Assembly (NCBI GenBank): GCA_030141605.1
Contig: JAQGDQ010000045.1
Location: forward strand, 806,001 to 870,000
DNA: 64,000 nt
Direction: 5' to 3'
Origin: Tubiluchus corallicola
Lineage: Eukaryota; Animalia; Priapulida
The notes below the pieces were generated by a model. The model did no database searches, was not told the origin of the DNA, and saw only the letters and a program-made list of their open reading frames with translations. The translations under genes were made by a program, and so were the position numbers. Each line of letters opens with the position of its first letter. The stretch's first letter is position 1. Below, in pieces: positions 1-19,739 of this stretch.

Positions 1-36
1 CATAAAACGTGTACCATCTAAACAACACCGATTATA

Positions 37-42
37 TTTGAA
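37..42 (+). promoter_or_regulatory. CHR-like element (TTTGAA) ~85 nt upstream of PLK1 ATG
   Basis: TTTGAA at 37-42. PLK1 is a canonical CDE/CHR (DREAM/MuvB) G2/M gene in mammals. A 6-mer in AT-rich DNA is weak evidence, and the rest of the promoter is outside the window. Confidence 0.35.
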
Positions 43-126
43 AGCACAATTTTGATCTCGATTGTTAGTGTTTTAAACAAAGTTTTTTTAGTTCATTTAT
101 GTTTTTTCGTGAGGATATTAAAAAAG

Positions 127-9216
<9,090 letters not shown>

Positions 9217-10398
9217 AGAATTATACATCAGCAATGCTGTTGTTGTAATTTTATACAGATGATCTGATTTTTAGGGAATTTAGTCATGTGAATCCCCTTC
9301 AACATTGGATCACGCGTATGCATGCATGGTCATTGTCAAAGAATGCACCAGATGCCTAACTCCGTGCATAGTGATCGTGAAAAAGTTAAATCATGATTAT
9401 ACTGACCAAAATGGCTGTTTTCCATTATACTTGATACTGATTTTTTTGTTAAATTTTTGCTAATGGTATACTGTTATGTCACCAGATGAGATCCTGAAGT
9501 GTTTGCACACTGTATTTATTATCTTACCTGTCCTTAGTTCATAGCACTGCTGATCTCTGCAACTTATCTGCACATAACTGTTGCAGCAATAGTCATTAAT
9601 CTATTGTGTGTGTTATCTGCGTAATTCATATTTTGGATCGCAGCATGTAATGTTACATACATAAGCTTACGAGTAGTCGATTCATTACAGTGCTGAGTCA
9701 GAGTGGCTTTATATTAATAGATCACCTCATTATAGTCGGAGTGAGTCGTTACTTCTTCACTATTGTTGCACCAACAAGACTTTCACTAGTGTGGGAGCAT
9801 CGAGTTCAACTATGTAATGTATGTCTTTATAGTCAATGTGTATTTTTCACCTTCAGTAAAGCAATTCTTCTATAAGAGTGTGATACATAATCTTATACCA
9901 CTATGTATTTGAAACTGGGTTAGGTGCTGCCAAATGTTATTTCTACAGAAACTATAATTATAAACATTAACAACTATGTTAGAATGCTTTTAGTATCCTA
10001 TTATTGCAGTAAAGTAAGTGCAAGCATGCAGACTGTATTATAAACATTTGGTTGTGCATATTTATGGAACCGTAATTGTAGAATTCTTAAAGGTACTCTA
10101 GCTTATCTTAACTTTTTTTGTGGATGACAATATGTAAATAGTCCTAGTAATAGATATACGTGTATTACACATTGCTTGATAACATTTATCGTCAAAAAAG
10201 ATAGGGCATTACAGACTGGTGCTCCTTCAAGTTCACCATTACACTATGTGTATTATTATATTTCATGAAACTTTGACACCTGCTTAACTGACCATTAAAT
10301 AGGATGTGTCTTCCATTTTGTAAACTGTATGTTTGTTAATACTAGTTATTCTTATAAATAACGAAATGTATTATTACACGTGTCTCTTTTCTAAACTG

Positions 10399-10456
10399 TT
10401 TTATAACTTTATTAAAAATTTAATCAAAGAGTAATGTTTGTTATTTTTGTTGTTTT
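10399..10456 (+). terminator. Candidate PLK1 polyadenylation region (CPE-like TTTTAT, ATTAAA, GU/U-rich downstream element)
   Basis: TTTTAT at 10399-10404, ATTAAA at 10411-10416 and GTTTGTTATTTTTGTTGTTTT downstream. A Pumilio-type TGTAAATA lies at 10133-10140. All are short motifs in AT-rich DNA. Confidence 0.4.
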
Positions 10457-10764
10457 CCATGTGTATGTACATCTCACTACAATATGCTGACAAAAGCTCA
10501 CATGCTGGCCAGTGGTTACGAATGAACTGATATGAAGGTATCTCAATATAGAAAATCTAAAATTGCCAGATTACTTTTTGCTTCTCTTCTCCTAAAAGTT
10601 GGTGCCTCTGATCAAATTGTTGCTTATGCTATAAATCATAATTTTATGTGGGGTTTATTCTGCAAATCGTTAAATATTTGTGAGTTTCGATTTTTCATGT
10701 GAATTAAAAGACGACTCACAATCATGCACAGCACCGATAAAATTAGTTGGCCTGGACTTTGCAA

Positions 10765-11530
10765 GATATATATATATGTAAGATTCGAGGCTACAGCTTC
10801 GATGACGGCACCATTTGCGGCAATCTATACGTCAAACGAAAGGTCTCCAACTAGTGTTGTGCCATTGGTGGTTTATTTTTCGAATCGGGCCCACTGCGAG
10901 GAACGGGTGGCGAAAAACCTCAAAATGGCCATTTTTCGGTCGTTTTTTGCAAAACTCATATGTCTGAGACCTGAAGAACGGGAACGGGCCATGGATAGAT
11001 AGCCCGTTCAGCGGTGGGTGCCATAGGCATATTTAAAATTTCCGAGAGGGCCACGGCGTCCCGTAACGGGCGTTTTCCCGGGCCCAACTCGTGATTTTTT
11101 CGAAATTTTTGCCAAACAGCATGCGGAAAAAACGTTCTAGCGGTGCCTGGTGAAACTCCCGGAAGGAGATATATAGCTCTTTAGAAAGAGGAAGAACAGG
11201 GCTATACGATGATGTGGGCTATATTTTAGGACACATCCACCAAAAGGAGTACCGACGAGTTAATTAGATGTTCTATTTTCGGCAATTTTCGCTTAGAAAA
11301 CTGCTGACGCAAAGCCATTGTTCTGATGTCATCCATTATGCTCTGTCTATAATCTTATAACTTTAATTCAGTAAAAGCTGCTACTGGCTTTGCGTTATAA
11401 ATGAGGACTATGTAGGATGTTCGCGTATTTTTGATTAAACGTGTATTTATACGCAAAATTTTTTGCGGGGCCTTTGCTAGTCACATAATTATTAGCTTAA
11501 TTCAGCAATTTTTTTCAATTTCTATATGGA
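10765..11530. mobile_element. Probable non-autonomous transposon fragment (unclassified)
   Basis: Abrupt GC/CpG-rich non-coding island that starts after a (TA)n run with a hairpin TCGAGGCT-AC-AGCTTCGA (~10786-10803). Termini were not resolved. Confidence 0.35.
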
Positions 11531-11558
11531 CTTGTGCTGAGAAACACTTCCGATACTA

Positions 11559-12451
11559 CAGTAAAACCTCGTTATAACGCTAGGTCTAGGACACCAGTAA
11601 ATATGGCACTATAGCGGGGTTGGCGGTAAGACGAGGTTCATATAATACGAAAGCCATTCCAGTCTGAAATCTCTATTTTGTTTCCTAGTTAATTTTAATA
11701 TGTGATAAATAGTATAATGTTATTATACCTACAAGAATACATGTGTTATATACTGTATATTTTGGTGTAGTTCTACAATGGTACATCGTAAAATTTTACT
11801 TAACACAACGTGGAGAAGCAATGTTGTGAAATACTGGTTAATTAGTCTACTGGTGATAAGAAAAAATATGCAGCCTTGTGACCCATCCACGCTTCCAATG
11901 TAACATTACTGGACAATTAAGACTATAAATAGCCGCCCCATATAACTTGACCTTGAGCTTTTACAGCTGTGATATTCACATCAGTTCAGTACTGAAGCTT
12001 AGCTACACAACTCTTGCACTCTTAAAATGTATGTTGCTTGTTCAAAACCTCAACATTAATTTTCATACAGTCATCTGCAACAAGACTAAACCTTAATTTA
12101 AACACCATAACTGTTTTTCTGTTTAGAAGTTATTGTTTTTACAAAGTGACTGTTTTTTACAACACAATAGCTGTTTTTCAACAGAAATTCATTGTGCTTT
12201 TATCTTGGCTGACATTATAAGAGGTTGATTTATTATTATGTAAAATGGACTTTTGGCATGGCAGATACGTTGGCAGATGGCTGTAGGTGAGGTTGGCCAT
12301 ATTCCCTATACTTAATTTATTATAGAAATCGGGATAGGGCAAGAACTACTATACAACGTGTATACGTATAGTAGTCCTTGGGATAGGGCAATAATTGGCA
12401 TTATGGCGAGGCTGGCATTATAACGGTGGGCGGTACAATTACGTTCGACTG
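11559..12451. mobile_element. Tc1/mariner-superfamily (pogo/Tigger-like) MITE, ~890 bp
   Basis: TA|CAGTAAAACCTCGTTATAACGC ... GCGGTACAATTACGTTCGACTG|TA: degenerate TIRs with CAGT...ACTG termini and a TA target duplication. No ORF. Confidence 0.7.
12340..12380. mobile_element. 41-bp minimal TIR element with 8-bp TSD (P- or hAT-like termini), nested in the MITE
   Basis: TIRs CAAGAACTACTATAC / GTATAGTAGTCCTTG (15 bp, 1 mismatch) with an 11-nt spacer, flanked by exact GGATAGGG at 12332-12339 and 12381-12388. Confidence 0.75.
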
Positions 12452-12854
12452 TATTTGCAGTTAACAGAATGTTTACACTAAATGTTTACAGAAAATTGGC
12501 TATTATCCTCATGAGTATACACTGAGTTTGTACAAGTAAAGCAGTGCAACATAGGTAATAAAATGTTCATTTAATTTGAAATTCATCCAAGTAAAATATT
12601 GTGTAACTTTTTCAATAGATCACAGCTGTGATAAAGCAGGCCTACATTGGGTCATAAAAACATCAACTGGCTATTACCGCATTGCTAGAATTAAGGTTAG
12701 CAAGCAATCAACTCTTTCTTTTCATTATCAGTGCACCAAAAGGCAAAACATGTACATGCAAATTATTCAGTTTAGATCTCTTTTGCATACATATTTGATA
12801 AAAAGGCCAAAATAACGAAACTGATATTATAAAAAAAATACACATTTGAGGTAA

Positions 12855-14378
12855 TTAAGTGATATTTTCCATTGCAACAGTGTGTTCAGCTTCTATGTAA
12901 AATGGTCCATCCATATAATAAGCCTTTAACTTTAAATAGTCTACCACACCAAATGTCTCTTCAACAGTTGGAGACTCTATCAGTGCTTTGATAATTTCAT
13001 ACTTTGCCTCTTTTCCATCTTTAGTGTTTTCTGTATTTCGGTCTACTATATATTCTATGAATCCAGGAAGAGTTTTCAAAGCCCGTTGCCCAAAGGGTGT
13101 TAATGCCAAAGCCTTGAATACAGACAAAGCAGAGCAGCGAATATCTACAAATGGTTGCTTAATAATATCAGCAATCTTATGTACCATATCTGGCATGAAT
13201 TTATTAAGCCATGATTCAGCTAAACTTAAAATTTCTTCATTCTGTTCAGAAACTTCAATGGTTAGTAAAACTGAAGCTGTATGCATTGCTCGGACTCTCA
13301 AATCTGAAGGTGCATTAGCTATTACTGCACCAATGTCATGCAGACCACCATCAAGTTTCTTGCCTTGCTTGGCTAATGCCAGCTTTCCTTCAACAGTACT
13401 ACCAATTATGCCAACTGTATCAATAGCTAAACCTTGTGTTATGGTGTCCTCTGACTTTAGATGTTTGAAAAGGAGATCTATAAATGACTTGTGCTGTGTA
13501 CAAACTTCTTTTGGGCGAAACCTTCCAAGATTTCCAAAGAACTTAATCAACCCAGGCACCAAAAAATTGGCAAGTGGGTCAATTTGCACACTAGTCAACA
13601 TTTCTTCCAGCTTTTGAGTAATTTGATGTTGTTCCAGATATAAAAGGCCGTGCTCTTTCAAAGCAAAATCGGTCAGCAAATCAAGTGCATTCAATTGAAC
13701 TAGCACATCATCTTTGTAAATTTCATCAAAAAGTTGCTGGAAAAAGCCAGCATTGCTGACTAGCTCAAACTGCTTTGATCCTTGAGATGAAATATGAATC
13801 ATCAGCTCTAGCACTCGATATCTCAATGTATCATTTCTTTCTTCTACTCGCGTGAGTGTATTAAGTATAGCATTCGAAAATATTACATTCAGACCAGTTG
13901 GCTCAAGAGTGAGTGATTTAAGGGCTTTGCCAGCCTCTTTAGACACTGACATATTGTCATCGCCAAGAAGATTAACAGTTAGCAACAGGAGATCCAAGTG
14001 ATTGGAAATGAGAGCTGAAGCTGTTGAATCAGCACAGCAACGATTTACCTGTTTTAAACTTAGAATTTTCACATTTGAATTAGGATGACATAAACCCCTT
14101 GAGAGCTCTGTAACGAAATTCAGTGCAAGCACGTTTGGTTCCAAAACGTCCAGCAATCTTTGTAAAATTTCACAACATAATTCGATTTGCTCAATTTCAC
14201 TAGAATTTAAACAATCAAAGACTTTATCGATTTGTAAATCATGAACACAACCTGACAGCACAGACGGGTGCACTGAAAACAAAGCCGTTTTTAGATCTTG
14301 AAGCACTGCAATGGTTTCTTGAATATCCGTAATATTTAATTTTACAAACAAGTTCGTGATTTCTCTGCAACTCGCCAT
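12855..14378 (-). CDS. PSMD5: 26S proteasome non-ATPase regulatory subunit 5 (S5b/Hsm3 assembly chaperone), single coding exon, 507 aa
   Basis: Uninterrupted ORF from ATG 14378 (MASCREIT...). ARM-like helical protein with PSMD5 hallmarks RYRVLELMIHIS, DDVLVQLNALDLL, PGLIKFFGNL, QPFVDIRCSAL, PGFIEYIVDR, KDGKEAKYEI and GPFYIE. Length matches the ~504-aa family. Confidence 0.93.
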   Translation of the reverse strand: MASCREITNLFVKLNITDIQETIAVLQDLKTALFSVHPSVLSGCVHDLQIDKVFDCLNSSEIEQIELCCEILQRLLDVLEPNVLALNFVTELSRGLCHPNSNVKILSLKQVNRCCADSTASALISNHLDLLLLTVNLLGDDNMSVSKEAGKALKSLTLEPTGLNVIFSNAILNTLTRVEERNDTLRYRVLELMIHISSQGSKQFELVSNAGFFQQLFDEIYKDDVLVQLNALDLLTDFALKEHGLLYLEQHQITQKLEEMLTSVQIDPLANFLVPGLIKFFGNLGRFRPKEVCTQHKSFIDLLFKHLKSEDTITQGLAIDTVGIIGSTVEGKLALAKQGKKLDGGLHDIGAVIANAPSDLRVRAMHTASVLLTIEVSEQNEEILSLAESWLNKFMPDMVHKIADIIKQPFVDIRCSALSVFKALALTPFGQRALKTLPGFIEYIVDRNTENTKDGKEAKYEIIKALIESPTVEETFGVVDYLKLKAYYMDGPFYIEAEHTVAMENIT

Positions 14379-15528
14379 ATTTTCAGCTTTCACCGCTCTA
14401 CGGTACCAACTACACAAGGAAAAACGCACCGCTCATTTAATATAGTTCATTTCAGTGCGTTTTTTCAATTTTTAAATTTAGATGCGTGTAAACCGGTAAA
14501 CATTGTAAAAATGTAAAAGAAAATTATTAAGATTCTGGAATATTTGTTGAATGTTATTGTTTTTCCGCTCTTACTACGATTTCGAATAAAAAATACAGTA
14601 CAAGGCACATCTAAATCGCACTTTCTTGATGTTCATGGTTAATGGTCACTATACGTACTATGCCTTGGTTGAGTCTGCTACAAATCACCAAACTCAGCAC
14701 TCACAAGGCATAATGTAATTACTGTATTACCAAGGAACATTAACTTCTGGTGTCATAATACCTGAACTTCCAGACTATCTTCTAGTTTCTGTTATATCTA
14801 ACCAGGGCTCTTACAATGGCTCCATGTTGTAGTAAAAAATTGTAATAAAATACAAAATAGGAGAGTGCAAACCCACGCAGTGAACCACTTTTCCTTTTAA
14901 GCTACTACTGAATGTGAACTTAATGAAGTTTAAAAGCTTGTTTTCTTCAACACAATTTATACCATAAATGATGAGACTGGTAAGTGGCAATGATAAATGG
15001 AATGCAAATAGAAAAATAATAATAATTATAAATAAATGCACTCATATGTGTGTGCATAATAAATAATTCATTTTATTATAATTTAACCATGCAGTAGTTA
15101 AATTATGCATAGCATTAGAACTAGTTTTATGGACAATACATATATACGTGAGATCATTTTCAATTTTTAGAAAACTATTTTGATGGCAAATCCAATAGTA
15201 GTTCAGTTCACCATTTCTTTTACTATGAATTGCGATAAGAGAATGTGTTAAATAAACCTTTATTATTAAGTTAACATGCATTTCAAGTGCGTATGTACTG
15301 TACATCAATATTACCTTTGCGTAGCAACACTATAATCAATAGCTAAGAGTTTTGTGCAGTATAAATTTTTTTCAAGTTTCTAGTGGTTCTCTATGTGTGA
15401 GTTGCTTCACAGTTATTGTTAAACATAAATACGTATGTGTGATTGGAATCACTTTAATAAATATCTCTGTTACTACATAATTAAACTCACGACTATTTCA
15501 GTATTAAACAATATTATAAATTTAATGT

Positions 15529-18500
15529 TTAGGTCCAGGGCAAAAAATTACAATGCATTCCAGTCCCGATGACAAAATATGAAAAAAAGTAAAGTAACAT
15601 AAATTTCTGTGAAGTGTTTGAATTATGATACACACTTTTAAGCATAGTCTTGATTGATGGAAGTATTTCATTTGTATCCCTTTTCATATGTCTTAAGCAT
15701 TCTGAAAAATAGTCAGCAGTAAACCAATAGAACACTGGTGTAGATGAGCATAAAAATCTAGTTCCAACTTGGATGTGCATTACTAAAATAACAACCACAA
15801 CTAAAAAAGAAGTATGGACAACATAAACAAAATTTTTTCCACTAAAAAATCCTGTACAGTCTGTTCCACTTATATGTACCAAACCCAGCTTAATACAATA
15901 ACAGAAATTTTTAGCAAAGTACCGATAAATTAATTTCAACATTATATAAACAATAGGAGAAGCTAATAAAAAGTTGGGAATTTGTCTTGGTGTATAATAA
16001 GTTAGAAAACCTACATTCCAGTAATGACTTTGGATATAAGAATAAGATAAAGGAAAGGTCTTATTACACCATGGTGGTCGTTCGCTTCCTACTTGTCGTA
16101 ACATTCTGTTTTTAGCATAAACTTGCAAATGTACAGGGATTTCAGTAACTTTCTCGAGATCACAATATAGGTGATAGGCATAATACTGATAGCACAAAAA
16201 CGGAGCAACGCCCACAAACATGTAGGCCACAGTGCATGGAAATAACTCCAAAAATATCCACACAACATTTTTGGTTTTCAGCACGAATTCTTGATAGAAT
16301 AGCTGTAGCTGCTTGTAACATATAAAGCCCAGCGACACCAACCCATTAGATCTTGTTGCTGTACTTAAGCCAAACAAAACTGCCGATGTTTTGATCCAGT
16401 TTTTTTCTAATGTCAACATTCCCGTGAATGTCAAAAGTGCAAATAATGTTTCAGAATAGCAAGCACTGAAGAAAATGCTTGCTGGATTAAAACAGTACAG
16501 AGCAGTTGCAAAATATGCTAACCATTCATTTGACAACACAGTCTTGCTCAGGTGATAAAAACTAACTGCTGACAACACAAACATCATCATATTAACCACT
16601 ACCCCTGTTAGCAATAATGCAAATTGGTAACTCAATATACCAGCTGTAAGGATGTGCAGGGTTGATGCAAAAAATCTTACTGTAAAAGGATATAAAGGAA
16701 AAAATGCCAAACAATTTTCAAATGTATAACCATGCTCTGCAATATGCAAGAAGTACACAGCATCCCATTTTTTAAAACCTCCTAGAAGAATTGCTGTCAT
16801 CCAATCAAGCAGTAGCACTGGCCCATCAGCCATGGGTGGATTGAAAACGCCAGCATCGTGATCTGGAACAATGTTGAATATCACCTACAACATAAAATAA
16901 ATCATAGTTTGTCTCAGCACTTCCATGATTTAAACACGGGATTAATTCACAGGCTATTACAGGCTATTAACAAAGATTATTCATCCCTTTTGCGAGAATT
17001 AGGCTCCTGAGACAAAAATTCAAATAGTTCTCGGAAGCTGCTAAATTCCGTCCTGCCTTGTGGTTCTTTGCGAGGAATCCGCGGCACGAAAGACTGCATC
17101 TTTTCTCGGAATTCATCCAAGTTCCTCACGCCCATTAGTAACCAGGTGCAACAGCACACAGCAGATACCCCGCAAACTGAGTATAAAGTTCCCCACCCCA
17201 AAGCTCGCATTGCCAATGATGATCCTGATTCAGTCATTTCTTTGGACCCAAGAAATCCCTGGGAAAACATTTTGGGATCTTTTTTCTTGGCCAATGCAAC
17301 AGCAAATGCAAACCCTCCAAATACTGACATTCCTGCTATTGATGACAGAAAAACAACACGTTTTAGTCTTTCTTGGCTAGATTTCTGCCCATCACTCAAT
17401 GTATTGCCTGACTGAGACATACCTATATAAAATAAAATACAAAGCACGGTTAAATTTAATGGAATACCACTGTGATTCTTAGTGCTTATCCTGTAGAACA
17501 AACAAATTTATCACCGCGAGTTGTACTACAGTTAAACTAAAATTAAAAGCCTAGACTTACTGAGTAATTGTCTGGAATTTTTCTCTTATTTGTGAAATTG
17601 CCCTGTCTGGAACATAGTGCAGCTTTTGCCAAGGGAGTTTTTACTCCTTGTACCCTCAAATCAGGATACATTATGAATTAAAATGTTATTTAAAATTATT
17701 TCTAATAAGAAGCAGAGACAAAAGACTATAATACCAGATATATCAGATACCATGACCTGGAAAGAGAACGCAGCAGACATAAAATAAAAAAACGATGAAA
17801 GGCTTTGTCAGTACTGTCACAACAATAGCTCAAAATTAGCAGAAAATGAATTAGATTACCTTTTTATCTGTCCTTTGTACGAATATATTAGACAAAAATA
17901 TAAGCATAAAATATATAATCTATCTTTTCAAAAAAGTAACGTGTACACATTAATTTTGCCTTTTTCAAAATACAAACATATAAGACCTTATTTACTTTGG
18001 AAACTACTTAAATGAATGTGATTAAAAAGCAGCTTTGTAGTAATGTGTGAGTGCTGGATAAACCTTGGGATATGATCGTCTAATTTAATCTTGTTTGAGA
18101 TAATTCTTAATTATTTAGATCTTGTGTTTTTATTAGTTTTTTGTAGTTATAGCATAACATATGATTTAATAGGTAGACATCTTAGAACTAAACAGTGAAC
18201 ATCGTTAGGCTATTATAAAAATTTCCACAAGACTTGAAAAACCAAGCATAAATAATATAGCTTAAACAATATATTGCAATGGTGGAAAGACTCTTTTTAT
18301 CTTAGGTGCTCTCATATATCTATGGGAGCAACTTGCCAATGGTAGCACCTCGATTATCAGTTGGTCATTCTATCCAGTTAGTAACACATATTAAGCAAAA
18401 CTTTTATGGGGTAATTTTTTACCCTGCTTGGTCTTTATTGCAATATAAAATCGGCTAAGGGTTAGTCAAGTTCAAGTTATCGCAAGCGTACATGGCAAAA

Positions 18501-19511
18501 ACATCTATAAAGTTATAGTCTATAAAATCTCGACCAATAAGCTTTTCTAGTTATCCACATATCCTCAATCTCCATTTTATGAGGATTATTTTGATACCAA
18601 GAACAACACTCTATGTCATTTCTAAGCTGAGATAATCTACATTGAAATTGAGATAATCTACATTGCTATGCACTGAAAAACATACTCCTGAGAAAATCGC
18701 AGTTACTGTTAGCCATTGTTTTTGTCAGGTTTTAACAAAACACTTAGCAACCACACAAATGTTGGTTGCTACGGATTTTGCAAAAACACATCGAAGTTAT
18801 TTTTAAATCCAGTAGACTCTCTTTCTGACAAAGGTCTTGGCAACAGAAAAAACCCAAAGCAAAATGACTGCTTAAGTGTCACTCCCAGAGTTTAGAAATT
18901 TTTTACAATCGCAATACTAGATTTTAGCCAAAAAAGTGGGTATGGGGTTATAAAATTTTTTGAACTATTTTCTTGATAATTTGATGCTAGAATATAATAG
19001 TCTATAGTATTATGTTTAACGTTTGTTTTTATAAAAAAATGACATTTGACCAATTTTTGGTGCATTCTACTTGGATGCATCATAACGTAGTTTTAGCTAT
19101 GCCGACATATGGACGGTTTTGGTTTGCAAGAGCACATTACAAATTCTTTATGAAAGTATTATATTTTATAACTTATAAAAAAGTTATATATACAGTGCGT
19201 AATACTAATCTTATACTCAGTTCTTCTTCGTGATAATACGCTAACTTCTTCAAATTAAAGGCTCTAAATGGGATGGGTGATTCGATAACTGATGACTTTC
19301 ATCACCGCTTCCAATTTGTTTGATTGTTTACACGTAATGATGTATTCTTTTAACTTTTACTTTTATATATTGGGATAAAAAACAATTTGATTTATCAAAA
19401 AGATTATTGAGAACGTTTAATGACAATCACCTGTAAAAGTAATACAAGCAATCTAGAACACAGCGCAAATTTAGCCACATTTGAAGTTTTGGCCAATATT
19501 GTGCTTTTCAT
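15529..19511 (-). CDS. PIGV: GPI mannosyltransferase 2 (PIG-V), 2 coding exons, 478 aa
   Basis: Exon 1 is 19511-19431 (MKSTILAKTSNVAKFALCSRLLVLLLQ, donor CAG|GTGATT). Exon 2 is 16884-15529 (acceptor TTGTAG|GTG, phase 0). Motifs PDHDA, KWDAVYFLHIAEHGY, AFFPLYP, FNPASIFFSACYSE, RSNG, YSYIQSHYWNVGFL, QIPNFLLA, MHIQVGTRF and the C-terminal HCNFLPWT are present. AATAAA on the minus strand at 15264-15259. Confidence 0.95.
16977..17420 (-). CDS. TMEM242: Transmembrane protein 242 (mitochondrial ATP synthase c-ring assembly factor), 147 aa, nested in the PIGV intron on the same strand
   Basis: MSQSGN...AVALAKKKDPKMFSQG...ESGSSLAMRALGWGTLYSVCGV...LMGVRNLDEFREKMQSFVPRIP matches the TMEM242 signature (AKKK.P..F, ESGSSLALRALGWGSLY, GV....DFR.KMQS..P.IP). 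A splice acceptor TTTTATTTTATATAG| lies 2 nt before the ATG (exon start 17422), so the true N-terminus could be longer. Confidence 0.9.
   Translation of the reverse strand: MSQSGNTLSDGQKSSQERLKRVVFLSSIAGMSVFGGFAFAVALAKKKDPKMFSQGFLGSKEMTESGSSLAMRALGWGTLYSVCGVSAVCCCTWLLMGVRNLDEFREKMQSFVPRIPRKEPQGRTEFSSFRELFEFLSQEPNSRKRDE
17620..18030 (+). mobile_element. Degenerate LINE (CR1/L2-group-like) ORF2 C-terminal fragment
   Basis: Frameshifted translation ...RIS.HDLERERSRHK..DERLCQYCHNNSSKLAENELDYLFICPLYEYIRQKY matches the LINE C-terminal pattern RISxHxLxIExGR..ERxCxxC...EDExHFLxxCPxYxxLR. Confidence 0.65.
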
Positions 19512-19521
19512 CGCTCTCAAG

Positions 19522-19707
19522 TTAATTATGAGCTTCTCTGTTAAGACTGAGTTTCACCATACTGGAACTGTCATTAGAGTTTATTTCGTCAGATAAGCGT
19601 GTGCGCACCGTGTCAAATATAAATTCCCGACATTCTCTAAGTTCTACTACGGAATGATCATTTTTACAAAATTGATTCTCAAGATGAAAAATACATTTTA
19701 GTTCCAT
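19522..19707 (-). CDS. 61-aa ORF ending 10 nt upstream of the PIGV start (uORF/microprotein or TMEM242 N-terminal exon)
   Basis: ATG in strong context (TTAAATGG). The stop ends at 19522 and the PIGV ATG is at 19511 in another frame. No recognisable homology. Confidence 0.3.
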   Translation of the reverse strand: MELKCIFHLENQFCKNDHSVVELRECREFIFDTVRTRLSDEINSNDSSSMVKLSLNREAHN

Positions 19708-19739
19708 TTAATACAGTTAAAGTGTTTAATGCACCTAAG

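Noticed and set aside
12988-13617. 209-aa plus-strand ORF
   Set aside because: Antisense shadow of the PSMD5 CDS; no recognisable motifs.
14670-14678. ARE-like TGAGTCTGC upstream of PSMD5
   Set aside because: A single degenerate match expected by chance; no supporting cluster.
17060-17415. Two plus-strand ORFs of 106 and 115 aa
   Set aside because: Antisense shadows of TMEM242.
17561-17653. Minus-strand pseudo-exon encoding LAKAALCSR, similar to PIGV exon 1 VAKFALCSR, with a GTAAGT donor at 17560
   Set aside because: The similarity is only 8 residues, the acceptor would be a rare GAG, and the segment overlaps a plus-strand LINE remnant. It is probably coincidence, though the donor could serve a TMEM242 UTR exon.
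12855-19707. Operon-like polycistron including PSMD5
   Set aside because: PIGV has its own AATAAA (~15260), and PSMD5 has a CpG-enriched 5' end plus a plausible cis donor at 14574, so an independent promoter is the simpler explanation.
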